Shown: piece by piece, positions 11,521-23,901 of the stretch
How positions within the stretch are numbered: the stretch's first letter is position 1
Layout of the letters: each line of letters opens with the position of its first letter
Source of the DNA: Chiloscyllium plagiosum
Taxonomy: Eukaryota
NCBI RefSeq assembly: GCF_004010195.1
Contig: NC_057718.1
Location: 93,608,774 to 93,668,217 of the forward strand
Direction of reading: 5' to 3'
Length of the DNA stretch: 59,444 bases
Translations under genes and position numbers: made by a program
The notes under the pieces: generated by a model
Database searches by the model: none
Told to the model about the DNA's origin: nothing
Seen by the model: only the letters and a program-made list of their open reading frames with translations

Positions 11521-12830
11521 ATACAATAAAAGTTAGTCACACTGTTGGGACTCAGTACCTCAGAAATGATGGCAGCAGCAACGATCAAGAAATTGACCTG
11601 GGATCGTACAAAGAGAAGAATTCAAAAAGTAATTGCTTTTGCAAATTGTCAGACATGTTATTAAATATAAAAGCCATAAAGCTGAGCAGTTGCTATGAAG
11701 AAAATATGTCTGAACAGATAATCTGTTCAGACAAACTGCCAGAGAATTATGTATCTCGAAAAAACTTTATCCTGTGAGTGATAAGAGAACAAGCCTTTTA
11801 AAAAAAAACAATGAGAGCAATAAAAGACCTGTAGTAGCTAAAGGACAAATCTAAATGGAATACCTATGAAGAGGTTGATTACCAGATATTCAACCAGGTT
11901 TGATCCCTTCAGAGAAAAAACAATAAAAGTTTAATTTCCACATTTAAAAAAGTAGAACAAAGAGCTTAAGGCTTCAAACGTGTGCTTCTTAACTATTTAC
12001 TCAGAAGGAAAGTTAATAATTCAGGTACAAGCTCAAAGTAACTCAATTGAGAATGAAAAGAATCAGGAATCAAAATCATGACTACAATTTGATGTAGCAG
12101 AACCTATCAGTTAATTCTATTATTTTGATGGCTTCAATAACAAATTCAAAGCTTTATTCGACAACCAAGAACTTTTATCGATTTAATTTGTCAAAATACA
12201 AAATAATAGATCAAGAAAAAGAGGGCAAATCTGATCATGTGGTGTCAACTTTCATATGAAAATACCTCGGATGCAGATCAAAATGACGTCATTCCAGACA
12301 CCTTTGACACACTCAAAGACAAAAACGCTGTATCTAATTGATTGAAGCTATTTTGAGAAATTTTCATCTGTTGGTCCATTTGAAATCAATTTGGCATTTC
12401 AGAAAAGAAACTTCTTCTTTTATCCTTGTGAAGACACTATATAGGTAACACAGAGCTGAACTTGACATTGAAAACAAGATTTGAATTTATCGAAAATTTA
12501 AACAGCTTTCAGCTTTAGCACTATCGCAATAATCTTTACAACAAAAACAATTGAACAACAAATTTAATCAACTAAGATACCATAACACAACATCGAATGT
12601 AGTAACGTGAGTAGAGACCAAAACTCTAATAATCATCTTCCAAGTTAAGGAAATAATCAACAAATTCAAGTACCTATCAACAAGTAAGCAATACATAAAA
12701 TTCATCTGCATTACTCTTTCAATCACAAAAATTCAAACCATTATATCCATTTGATAAATTGTAAATTGGCAGAACATAGAAATCATAATTCCTCAGATTT
12801 TGAACAGCTTTACATTAGACACCAAATCAA

Positions 12831-13205
12831 ATAGAGTCATTGAGATGTACAGCACTGAAAAACAGAACCTTTGGTCCAACTCGTCTATGCCCACCATATA
12901 TCCTACAGTAATCTAGTCCCATTTGCCAGCATTTGACCTTCCTATTCATGCACCCATCCAGATGCCGCTTAAGTGTTTTAATTGTACCAGCCCCCACCAC
13001 TTCCTCTGGCAGCTCAGTCCTTACACGCACTACCTTCTGTGTGAAAAAGTTGCCCCTCAGGTCCCTTTTAAATCTTTCCCCTCTCACCTTAAATCTATGC
13101 CGTCTAATTTTGGACTCCTCTCCCTTGGGAAAAAGACCTTGGCTATTCACTCTAACCATGCCCCTCATGATTTTATAAACCTCTATAAGTCACCCCTCAG
13201 CCTCT
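12831..13205 (-). mobile_element. HER1/CR1 LINE 3' end inserted in gag
   Basis: ORF 12827..13168(-) RFKVRGERFKRDLRGNFFTQKVVRV.TELPEEVV. Confidence 0.9.
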
Positions 13206-13654
13206 GATCATTCTTCTCAACTACATATGAAGAACAACAGAAATCTGTGTTCAGCCAACAGACCACGAGAAACTTATTATATTTAACAATCTCATAACTG
13301 CTCTTGGTCATTATTTCACATCTCAATCAAATAAGACCCTGGCAAAATCATGCTTCAATAGCAGGTATTTACTCCCAGGAGATTTTGCAAATAGTTTAAT
13401 TAATTCCTGTAAATACCAAACAAACCATTTTATAATGAAAACTTATAAGATCTTATATGCAATAAAATTGCTGTTGGTCTCTTAGATAAGTCAATCACTG
13501 AGTTTCTTCAATCAAACAAGGATTTAACTCTAGAATGAACAGCCCAAATAGCAATGTTTACAGAGTCTAGATAATTATTTAAGAAACTTTGTAAAGAAAA
13601 GGTTCTACTTAAAGCAGAACATTAAACAAAGCATTAAAATCAAAACAAAAAGCT

Positions 13655-13745
13655 GTTCTGATGAAGGGTCACTGGACCCAAAATGTTAATTCTGTTTTCT
13701 CTCCATTGGTGCTGCCAGATTCTAGAGAGCATGCTGGCATTTTGA
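13655..13745 (+). mobile_element. PLE 3' terminus fragment with hammerhead core
   Basis: gttCTGATGAagggtcactggacccaaaatgttaat (GAAA mutated). Confidence 0.65.
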
Positions 13746-13835
13746 AGCATGACAAACCGTTTTGATCACAAAACAATATGCAGCATGTGGCAACATTAAC
13801 ATGAAATCTTAGGCAATTTAATTCTAACAATATCT

Positions 13836-14583
13836 TGTCATAGGTGTGGCTCTAAGGAGCATGTTTTGTCCTGGTTTATTTTAGAGAGAGAGAGACTATG
13901 GGACAAGTGCTGAGCAGTCTGTGAGAGAATAAACAACTTGTGAGGCCTTGGGTTTTCTTTTTAAGTTGGAACAATAGAAGCAGCCTGAGTGGGTCAAGCT
14001 CTAACAGATCCAGGATTTTTAGGTTTAGCTTTCAGCAGTTATTGTTGGGCTCTCAGCAGGGTTGGAAGGCAGTGAATCCCTCCCAGTTGCTATGTATTCT
14101 CTCTCTGAGGTTTCTCTCACAGTTGCCTTTTGATTTCTTTCCTCTTGGATTGGAAAACTGCATGTGAGACAAGTCTGTTTTGAGTTTTTGCCATGGGTAT
14201 GTTTATGAGATGTTACTGTATTGGAACAGTTACTTTTCAATTGTAAAATAATCTATTATTTTGCTCAGTTTTCCAATAGAATTGTTATTCCAGATCCCTC
14301 TTTCTTTTGTTTTATTGTGAATATATTCACATGGAGTCATACAACAAGAAAACAGACCCATCACTCCAACCGGTCCATGCTGACAATAATCCCAAACTAA
14401 ATTAGCCCCACTTGCCTGTTCATATAGTGTTATAATAAATTGTGTTTTGCTTAATGCCAAGTAGTTTGACCAATCAAATCACATCTGGAACACAACACCT
14501 GACATTTACCATTAAAATAAGGAAAAGTTAGGGTCTAGGATATGTCTTAATATATCCTGAAGGGTTTGACCTGGTCCATAACA
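13836..14583 (+). mobile_element. solo LTR (family L1), with a short HER1 tail inserted at ~14330-14420
   Basis: TG..CA ends (tgtcata..ggtccataaca), aataaa; homologous to 16223-16860, 40036-41232 and 40672-41212. Confidence 0.8.
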
Positions 14584-15020
14584 CAATGCATGGTCAGACC
14601 ATTTCATTTCTTCCAAGGGGAATTAGCAGTAGTACACGTGGATAGTAATAGAACAGAAGAGGTATAACCACCTTGTAATTCTTATACAGCCTTGCAGTTA
14701 CCTCACTACAAGTTCCTTCAGCCAGTTTGAATGAGATTCTGATTTATTGGAAGCCAGCAGAAAACAAGCAAAATCACCAATTTTATCTCAAGTGTTTCTC
14801 TACCTTATCATAAACTTTCCTGATCTATCAATCAAAACAGATTAATCAAGCCAAAAACTTGGGGAAGGGTTGAAAATATAAGGAAAAAAGTGCAGCAAAT
14901 GGCTTTAAAAGAAGTAATCATGAACCATCATTTGTTAATGTACATAACTGTTACTTTGTGATTAACACAGAGGATAAACATTTGGGGATGAATAAGGGCT
15001 TCAGGACCCCAGTGCATTTT
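14584..15020 (+). mobile_element. Gypsy integrase C-terminal / 3' UTR remnant with purine tract
   Basis: Lies between gag and the 3' LTR; acttggggaaggg purine tract at ~14857-14869. Confidence 0.4.
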
Positions 15021-16221
15021 TGTGTTGATGTCATGGAGCTGCAATCACTGAGCATAAATAACACTGTGTGGGAGGAGTTTGAATAACTGAGATATAGAGT
15101 CATAGAAATCTACAGCATGGAAACAAACCCTTTGGTCCAACCCGTCCATGCCGACCAGATATCCCAACACAATCTAGACCCACCTGCCAGCAGCTGGCCC
15201 ATATCGTTCCAAACCCTTCCTATTCATATACCCATCCAAATGCCTCTTAAATGTTGCAATTGTACCAGCCTCCACCACATCCTCTGGCAGCTCATTCCAT
15301 ACACGTACCACCCTCTGCGTGAAAAAGTTGCCCCTTAGGTCTCTTTTATATCTTTCCCCTCTCACCCTAAACCTATGCCCTCTAGTTCTGGACTCTCCGA
15401 CCCCAGGGAAAAGACTTTGTCTATTTATCCTATCCATGCCCCACATAATTTTGTAAACTTCTGTAAGATCAGCCCTCAGTCTCCAACACTCCAGGGAAAA
15501 CAGCCCCAGCCTTTTCAGCCTCTCCCTGTAGCTCAGATCCTCCAACCCTGGCAACATCCTTGTAAATCTTTTCTGAACCCTTTCAGGTTTCACAACATCT
15601 TTCCAATAGGAAGGAGACCAGAATTGCACGCAATATTCCAACAGTGGCCTAACCAATGTCTTGTACAAACGCAACATGACCTCCCAATTCCTGTACTCAA
15701 TACTCTGACCAATAAAGGAAAGCATTCTTCACTATCCTATCTACATGCAACTCCACTTTCAAGGAGCTATGAACCTGCACTCCAAGGTCTCTTTGTTCAG
15801 CAGCACTCCCTAGGACCTTTCCATTAAGTGTATGAGTCCTGCTGAGATTTGCTTTCCCAAAATGCAGCACCTCGCATTTATCTGAATTAAACTCCATCTG
15901 CCACTTCTCAGCCCATTGGCCCAACTGGTCCAGATCCTGTTGTAATCTGAGGTAACCCTTTTCGCTGTCCACTACACCTCCAATTTTGGTGTCATCTGTG
16001 GAAGGCTCATATGAGCACATGGGCATCAACTACAAAGAAGATAAATTAGTTCTTACCAAATGTAATGGGAAGATCAGAGGCTGTATCATGCACAACAGCA
16101 TTTAATATCAATGTATAACATATTATTACTTGAAAGTCTAAGCTTAAGATGGTTCTTGGCTTTTTCATCACCCTGACAATTCTATCTTCAAATCAAACTC
16201 AAAGTGTAGCATCGAACCACA
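15021..16221 (+). mobile_element. 3' LTR of the ancient Gypsy element, split by a HER1 insertion
   Basis: Homologous to 11221-11520 on both sides of the 15094-15998 insertion. Confidence 0.65.
15094..15998 (-). mobile_element. HER1/CR1 LINE RT C-terminal half plus 3' UTR
   Basis: ORFs 15697..16029 and 15174..15725(-): DDTKIGGVVDSE..WAEKWQMEFNSDKC..LYKTLVRPLLEYCVQFWSP..WNELPEDVV. Confidence 0.95.
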
Positions 16222-16222
16222 T

Positions 16223-16860
16223 TGTTATGGACCAGAGAAAAACTCTTAAATACATATATTACAAAGATAGCCTGGATCTTAACATTTCCTTATTTTAAAG
16301 ATAAGTGCAGGGCATGCATTCCAGATGCAATTTGATTTATCAAAATACTCAATTTTAAGCCAAACACACTTTACTTTTACACTAAAATTAAAATACAAAT
16401 GAAATAAAATAGAAGAAAAGAACTGGCTTCACTGAAACTCTATCAAAATGCTTAGCAAAATAATGTATATAAAATAATATAACTATAACTAATTAACTGT
16501 TCCAATATAGTAACATCCCATAAACACTCCCTTGACAAAGGCGAATTCAGTAAAATAGATTATCTCACATGCAATTCTAGCAGCAGGATGTGTACTCCCA
16601 ACTTATAACTGTAACAGAAAGTGGAAAAGAAGCTTCAAGATCCCAGCAACAGCTGAAAGCTAAAACTAAATATCCTGGCTCTGTGGGAGCTTGACCCCAC
16701 CCATGCAGGCTGCTTCTATTGTTCCAACTTTAAAAAACCCCAAGAACTCACAAGCTGTTTAGTTTATTAACTTTGAGCAGACTGCTTTTCCCCTCTGTCT
16801 CAACCTTCCTTCACAAAAAAGAGAACAAAGCACACCTCTTAATGCTATGGTACCATGACA
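16223..16860 (-). mobile_element. solo LTR (family L1)
   Basis: tgttatggacc...ccatgaca, reverse complement of the 13836-14583 family; flanks acat/atat. Confidence 0.8.
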
Positions 16861-17280
16861 ATATAATAAAAGGCTCAGTATCCAAAATTTGCAATAAAGT
16901 TTTAAATGGTCAATGCAATAAATTGTCATCATACTGGAATAGCCCACTGAACCATCAGAAAAGCAGACAGACACAAAGTTACTGATTATTACAGGATCAT
17001 AGAATCATTAAGTATTGTAGAATGGAAAGAGGTCGTTCAGCCCATTGAATGTACATCAGTTGTCAAACAGCAGCCTTTTCCCACCATTATTATGGATCTT
17101 ACCTGATCCAAGTAACTCAAGAAACAGGTGTAAAGAAATTTGAGGCTTTCTGGCAAAATTTGTTACAAACCAGTGGCAAATGATCTTCATTCATTTCTTT
17201 TCCTACACTTAGGTTTACATTTGGATATTGCAGTGACTAGACTTGTTCCACCTGGTGCACAAAATGGTTCATTGTCTTTT

Positions 17281-17622
17281 GGCGGAAAGGCTTCCAACAT
17301 CATCAAAGACCACCCCCACCCCGGTAATGTTCTCTTCCAACCTCTTCCATCAGGCAGAGGATAAGAAGCTTGCGCACATTCACCAATAGTTTCAAGAACA
17401 GCTTCTTCCCGGCTGTTGTTAGACTGCTGAATGGACCTCTCTAACTTCAAATCATGTTCAGCATCCTTTGTGTACCTTCTGTGCAGCTGCAACTATATGT
17501 GCCTCACTCTCTCAAAGCACCCTATGATCTGCACGTCCTTGTTTGCTATGATCTGCCTGTATTGCTCGCAAAACAAAACATCTCACTGTATTTAGGTACA
17601 TGTGACTACAATAAACTAAATC
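17281..17622 (+). mobile_element. Rex1/Babar-type LINE 3' end
   Basis: KASNIIKDHPHPGNVLFQPLPSGR..TNSFKNSFFPAVVRLLN plus tail tcactgtatttaggtacatgtgactacaataaa. Confidence 0.8.
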
Positions 17623-18631
17623 AAGCATGTCAGACCTATATCTTCTTGGCTATGTTGCACTCTGGCTTAATTCAAGGTGCCTCAACCAGGCACTATATCA
17701 GAATGCCCATTTAACCTCTATGGCTATGTGATATTGTACCCTCAGGGCACACTAATCACTGATGCACATGTAGTTCACTTACTTCTCTGCTGATAATGAG
17801 GCTTTGGCGGGCAACAAGAGCAAAAGCAGCAGCCAAATGAGTGAACGTTCCTGCCTTCAGGAATGCACTGTGCAGTCACTATGGAGCCACAAAAATCACA
17901 TTTACCGCTCCGGTCTGGAGTTTATCTTTTCCTTTCGGCAATTTTCCCCTTCTGCTGTCATCATTAGAGTTAAGAATTTGATGAATGTCTGCAGAGCGAC
18001 AGCAAATTGATTATTTTACAGCGTTCATTCACAGCGCTGCTATTGATTCCTCAGGAAGGAGAAAGGTGCACAGCCCTCGGTGAATGAGGGAGACTCTGAG
18101 GTGAAGAGGTGCTTGGCAGAGGAAATTGCGTTTTACTGAGAGAGGGCCAAAGCTGCAATCCTGTTTGTCTTCAGGAGCCAATAAAAATGTTCAGTCGAGC
18201 CAATATTTGCCACATTTGCCCTCTTCAGACAATGATATCTTTTAACCCACAATCTTTTATTCCTCTGCGAAAAAGGGATGACTTGTAACTGCTCATTCAC
18301 TTATTTAGACTGAGTGGAGCCCAGTTGACTTTTGACCTCGATATCAAACAATCCATTTATTTTGCTTCTTGCATACTTTGACATCAGCCAAGGTACTCAG
18401 GTCTGTTGCAAAAACCAAGCGTCTGCCCATGAGATGGCAAGAGAAAATCAGATGACTGTTTGTTTGAAGCAGAAATTTGGCAGATACTTGATAAGTATTG
18501 AGGGTACGGCTGGCATCATGTAATCATTACTCACTGTTTGACCTAATCTCGTGATTTGTTTTCCCTGCGCTGTCCTTCTTCCTGGTGTTTCAGTGAAGGA
18601 AGTAAGGGTTTGTGTGTTTTTGCTGTTGCAA

Positions 18632-18855
18632 AGTTAAAAATCACACAACACCAGGTTATAGTCCAACAGTTTTAATTGGAAGCACACTAGCTTTCGGAGC
18701 GACGTTCCTTCATCAGGTGAAGGAGCGTCGCTCCGAAAGCTAGTATGCTTCCAATTAAACCTGTTGGACTATAACCTGGTGTTGTGTGATTTTTAACATT
18801 GTACACCCCAGTCCAACACCGGCATCTCCAAATCATGACTACTATCGACACCACA
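18632..18855. mobile_element. fold-back Neptune-type PLE terminus insertion, 13-bp TSD
   Basis: aaaaatcacacaacaccaggttatagtccaacag..ctttcggagcgacg inverted against cgtcgctccgaaag..ctgttggactataacctggtgttgtgtgattttt; TSD tttgctgttgcaa at 18619-18631 and 18856-18868. Confidence 0.88.
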
Positions 18856-19231
18856 TTTGCTGTTGCAAGTATTGCAGAAATGACAAAATAACCCAATTTT
18901 AACAGGAATGTGATAATCTCCACAGCAGTGGTGTCTGAGGCAGGTGGCTCCCAACTCAGATACACAGAACATTCAAGAGTGTTTGCATTCCTATAGCGAT
19001 TTTCAGATTCCCCAAATCATTAATGTAGAAAGTGTGGCCACTATTTGTTTTAAAGGCAAACAAGGGAAACAATTCCTACAAAGCAAATTCCCACAAAGAA
19101 CCGAGGGGATACATAACCAACTGATCTATTTTAGTTGAGAAGTCAATGTTGACAGTACAGAACTAAGTGCCTGTCTGTTGGTGCAGAAGGATGCTTTACA
19201 GCCATGAGAAACAGCAGAGAGGGTTACATCT

Positions 19232-19452
19232 CCAAAAATAAACACATTGACCTGGACCCAATATATCAACCACTGCAATGAACAACTAGACCCAGCAACC
19301 AAAGGCAGAGGGAACAAACCAATATAAAAACCAACCGACACAGTACAGCAACACTTCACAGGAGGCTCCACAGCACCGAGGATGGCACTTAGGAAGGGGT
19401 TGAAACATCTGCAAACCAAATTCCCAGCTCGGCAAACATACCTACAACAACT
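19232..19452 (+). mobile_element. Poseidon-type PLE 3' end
   Basis: INKHIDLDPIYQPL as in the 28863 ORF; degenerate hammerhead caccgaggatggcac..gttgaaacatc. Confidence 0.7.
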
Positions 19453-19594
19453 GTAAACGGTACCCAAGCGATTAAGCTTGACAGAAACTTTAAGTCTCTC
19501 ATTGCAAAGTAAAGGAGATAAGTGGACTTCTCACACTCAGAACTGAGGGTTCCATTAGTCCAAGAATCACATTCACAGGCTGGACGTTCTTGCT

Positions 19595-19980
19595 TAATGT
19601 GGCAAAATGAAAGAGCTGGTCATTGACCTCAGGAAGCGGAGTGAAGGACACGCCCCTGTCTGTATCAATGGTGCTGAGGTGGAGATGGTCGACAGCGACA
19701 AGTTCCTAGGAGTGATGATCACCAACAACCTGACCTGGTCTACCCACGTTGATGTGATGGTCAAGAAAGCCCAACCATGTTTCTACTTCCTCAGGAGACT
19801 AAGGAAATTCGGCATGTCCATAAAGACTCTTACCAATTTTTAGAGATGCACCATAGTAGGCATTCTATCCAGATGCAACACAGCTCAGTATGGCAACTGC
19901 TCTGCCCAGGAGCATAACAAACTACTGAGAGTCCATCATGAGACATAACCTTCCATCCATTGACTCAACCTATACTTGTC
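19595..19980 (+). mobile_element. Rex1/Babar-type LINE RT C-terminal fragment
   Basis: ORF 19607..19843 KELVIDLRK..VEMVDSDKFLGVMITNNLTWSTHVD..KKAQPCFYFLRRLRKFGMS. Confidence 0.85.
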
Positions 19981-20084
19981 GTTGTAGAAATTGCTTGAGA
20001 GAATCCAAGATGGTCAGATTGTCATACATAGGGGTCATCATTCTTCAGCAACTCACTTAGCTGAGATACCTTTTCTATGCTGCT

Positions 20085-20527
20085 CGGGTTGGAGGGTTGG
20101 AGCTAAAGGGAGAGGTTGAATAGGCTAGGGTTATTTTACTGAAGTGTTAGATGCTGAGGGGTGACCTTATAGAGGTTTATAAAATCATGAGTGGCATGGA
20201 TAGGGTAAATAGACAAAGTCTTTTCCCTGGGATGGGCAAGTCCAGAACTAGAGGACATAGGTTTAGTGTAAGAGGGGAAATATATGCAAGGGGCCTGGGG
20301 GGTAACTTTTTTATGCAGAGGGCGTTTATGGAATGAGCTGCCAGAGGAAGTGGTGGAGGCTGATACAATTACATTTGAAAGGCATCTGGATGGGTATATG
20401 AATACGAAGGGTTTGGAGGGAAATGTGCCAAGTGCTGGCAAATGGGATTAGGTTTCCTTAGGACATCTGATCAGCATGGACAAGTTGGACCGAAGGGTCT
20501 GCTTCTATGCTGTACATCTCTATGAAT
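20085..20527 (+). mobile_element. HER1/CR1 LINE 3' end
   Basis: LRGDLIEVYKIMSGMDRVNRQSLFPG. Confidence 0.9.
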
Positions 20528-20799
20528 CAGGAATATAGAGTGAGAGGACACTAAAAAATCTGAGGCAATATCACAGATCATCCTTATCCTGTGGAGTCGG
20601 CCTTTACTTGAAGATCTTCGAACTTAGCTGGATTGGGACGGACTCCATGGATGGAGTAAGTGGACTTCTAAAATGTTGTCCAGTGGATATTGACCGAACA
20701 CTTCAGGCTGTTAAATACTAAACCATATTGTTGTACTGCTGCCATCTATCAGTGAATCTTATGATCAGTCTCTGCCTCATGATCAGTCTCTGATCATGG

Positions 20800-20940
20800 C
20801 CTTTATTCCTGATGAATGGCTTTTGCCCGAAACCTCGAATTTACTGCTCCTTGGATGCTGCCTGAACTGCTGTGCTTTTCCAGCACCACTCTACTCCAGA
20901 ATCTGGTTTCCAGCATCTGCAGTCATTGCTTTTACCACCT
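20800..20940 (+). mobile_element. PLE 3' terminus insertion with hammerhead core
   Basis: attcCTGATGAatggcttttgcccGAAAcctcgaat; flanked by atgatcagtctctgatcatg / atgattagtctctaaccatg. Confidence 0.8.
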
Positions 20941-22299
20941 TTTATGATTAGTCTCTAACCATGATACCACCAACTGTGTAAACAATACCCAGTACTTTTT
21001 CAATAATTCTAGCCATGTGCTGCAGGAATAGATTTTGTTCTCTTCATAGATGAAATAGTTACTGTCAGAAACAGTATTACCCAAAATGGCATTTTAAGTG
21101 TTGTGAGCTCCTGGATTCTTCTGCTCAATGGAAACAGCAGGCACATTTTTCATCTAGTTAGAAAAGACTCTGGAAAATTTAGCTCTTCAATCTTTTGTCA
21201 TTCATATTTTATGTGGGAACTGTTTGATTAAAACGTACAGGTGCCTTGGATCTGGGTACGCTCTTTCTTTGAACCACTTGTAATGCTGCTACACCAATCT
21301 GTGTGATATTCTACCTTCTGAATTATACCATTTTGTTCCATCCCATTCAGTTCTTTTCAATGCATCTCCTCAATGTGTACATGTCACTTCCATGGAGGAC
21401 AGTAAATAGAGTTGTATCATCCTTAAAGCGCAATACTGCAGCACCCTTAAAATTGCTGATCCTCTTGAATCGGTTTGGGTACAGGTGTTTGAAATCATTG
21501 ACTGATTCAATTGTATCTTGCACGATCTGTTGCAACCCAATGAGTGTGGTTCGAATCTCATGAGTAGAGACTGCATCAAGATCTGCACATACTGATAGCC
21601 CTGCCGCTACTGGACCACTGGTATCTACCAGATAGAAAATTTCAGAATGCCAAGATGAGTTTGAGTATTGGCACTGTAGTGTGAATCTGCCAATGCAGGA
21701 AATTGGTAATTCATTACACACTGTGAGATGGTGTCTCATATGTTGTACCAGGAAGCACCACTTACTGCGATACTTTTCTTTCAGGAAACAAGGTGTTAAT
21801 TTGTTATTGTCAGTTCCTTTGTTGCTTTTAGTTTTGTTTTAAAGAATCTCTTCAATGTGAAAGCAAGACATTTGGCTCATCAAAGGCTCATCATTGGATG
21901 TATTGTCCCATATAAAGTACAGGAAAATGTTTATTTCTTTCACTGGTTTTGCTTTCCTCCCTTTTTATTTATTCTTTTTTTTTGGTCGCTGTTTCTCTGC
22001 TTTTGTTGCTGCATCTTTGCTTGTCATGGACTCTAAAAAGTGTTGATTTGAATGCTTGTAGCTTTATGATTTCTGGCTTGTCGGGTACAGTTGCAGATTT
22101 CTGTCTGCATGTATCATTTGTGCCAAGTAAGGTGTGGTGATAGCTTTCTTCTATTTTAGTGATAACTTGAAGAAAGAAAATGGTGATACAAACTATGATC
22201 TGGACACAGGTAACTCTTCATAATGTGGAAACCAACTTTTCTAATTTTATTTTAGCTGTATTTTGTATTTAATATTTAGTATGGTCTCAATGGTCGCAG

Positions 22300-22612
22300 T
22301 GGCACTGTGGCTCAGTGGTTAGCATTGCTGCCTCAAAACATCAGGTTCAATTCCAGCCTCGGGCAACTGTCTGTGTGGAGCTTGCACATACTCCCTGTGT
22401 CTGTGTGGGTTATCTCCGGGTGCTCTGGTTTCCACCCACAGGCCAAACATGTGCAGGTTAGGTGAATTGCCCATGGTGTTCAGATATGTGTCGGCCAGGT
22501 ACATTAATCTTGGGAAATGTAGGGGAATGGGTCTGCGTGGGATTCTCTTTCAGAGGGTCGGTGTGGACTTGTTGGACCAAATGACATGTTTCCCCACTGT
22601 AGGGAATCTATG
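22300..22612 (+). mobile_element. HE1-type V-SINE
   Basis: Head, V-domain and tail motifs. Confidence 0.88.
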
Positions 22613-23188
22613 TATTTTCTTTCAGGAGAGCTCTATAGTGATGTTATGAGGATCATTGAACTGCCATTTCTCTTCAAAATCAGATCCACAGACTCTGGTT
22701 TCTTTTAAAGAGGGAGAGACAGAGAACCCACTAGCTGAGGTCTGTAGCCTTTGTGTTTGATTGTGTTGTAATTTCAACCTTTTTAAAACACTTTTAACTG
22801 AAGCGATCCTAGAATGTGACTGTACTTTGAAGGAAATTAGATTTTGACTTAAAGCGAATTAGCACTGATGTCTGGTTGGTCAATAGCCCACCTACAGAAC
22901 TGTACGTTTATATGTATTCACAGAAGTTGATGCAATTGGTTGTCTGTTCAACAGATGTTTACATCAGTATGGAATTATCACATTCATTGTCGCATAAATG
23001 TCTGGGCTGGCAGGAGGCTTTTGAGTTACAACAGAAGATATGTTTCTAGTAGTGGGTCATTCTTTAAGCTCCAAGTTAAAATGGAGAATGCAATCTTTTT
23101 ACCCTTAGGTAACATGCTGTAATACAATGATGATCATGAGCATGTATCCTAAAGGTATACTAACATACAGTGTCTCTTAAAGGTATAC

Positions 23189-23491
23189 TTGCATGGTGGG
23201 TCAGTGGTTAGCACTACTGCCTCACAGTGCCAGGGACCCAGGTTCGATTCCAGCCTCGGGCGACTCCTCTGTGGAGTTTGCGCATTCTCCCCGTGTCTGT
23301 GTGGGTGTGCTCTGGTTTCCTCCCACGGTCCAAAGATGTGCAGGTTAGGTCGATTAGCTGTGCTGAATTGCCCCCATAGTGTTAGTTGCATTAGTCAGAG
23401 GGGAATGGGTCTAAGTGGGTTACTCTCTGAGGGTCAGTGTGGACTTGTTGGGCCGAAGGGCCTGTTTTTACACTGTAGGGAATCTAATCTA
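23189..23491 (+). mobile_element. HE1-type V-SINE
   Basis: Head, V-domain, tail ending aatctaatct. Confidence 0.9.
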
Positions 23492-23721
23492 ATATACTGC
23501 CCATAAGTCAGAACACAATAATGACCAGCTGAGCGGGTAGATGGGACAGCGATTGAAAGTCTGCTCTGAGAGATAGTGCTGCAATGAAGCATGTTCAATT
23601 TCTGACATGGCACTCAAAGCTAAGGACCTTCTAACTGAGAGTTGAGAGTGCAGTTAACTGACCCTCAACTGCTCGTGGCTGCCAAGGCTGTGCAGTTCAG
23701 AAAATGAAGTTAAAGATTCAA

Positions 23722-23901
23722 AGTTATAAATCACACAACAACAGGTTCATTTGGAAGCACTAGCTTTCGGAGTGCTGCTTTTTCATGAGGTGGTTGCACT
23801 CTGGAAGCTAGTGCTTCTTAATAAACCTGGTCGACTATAAGCTGGTGTTATGTGATTTTTAACTTTGTACATCCCAGTCCAACACCAGCATTTCTAAATC
23901 A
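23722..23901. mobile_element. fold-back Neptune-type PLE terminus insertion, 12-bp TSD
   Basis: Inverted arms around gaagcactagc / gctagtgcttc; TSD ttaaagattcaa at 23710-23721 and 23902-23913. Confidence 0.82.

Larger units (their letters stand above)
12750..13830 (+). mobile_element. decayed Ty3/Gypsy gag
   Basis: Peptides LITALGHYFTSQSNKTLAKSCFNSRYLLPGDFANSLIN and ICNKIAVGLLDKSITEFLQSNKDLTLE resemble Gypsy gag (ERAKFN.R.Q.PGESV..FI; IRDRIVVG..D..LS..LQ...DLTL). Confidence 0.65.
19980..22200 (-). mobile_element. decayed Ty3/Gypsy gag-pol (protease, RT, connection), interrupted by HER1 and PLE insertions
   Basis: ORF 21347..21739(-) LQCQYSNS..FYLVDTSGPVAAGL..SVNDFKHLYPNRF..NFKG; downstream EESQELTT, GLVFNSLKC..GVRPNPAK..PTPQDKDDL, ELLKND. 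Confidence 0.8.
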
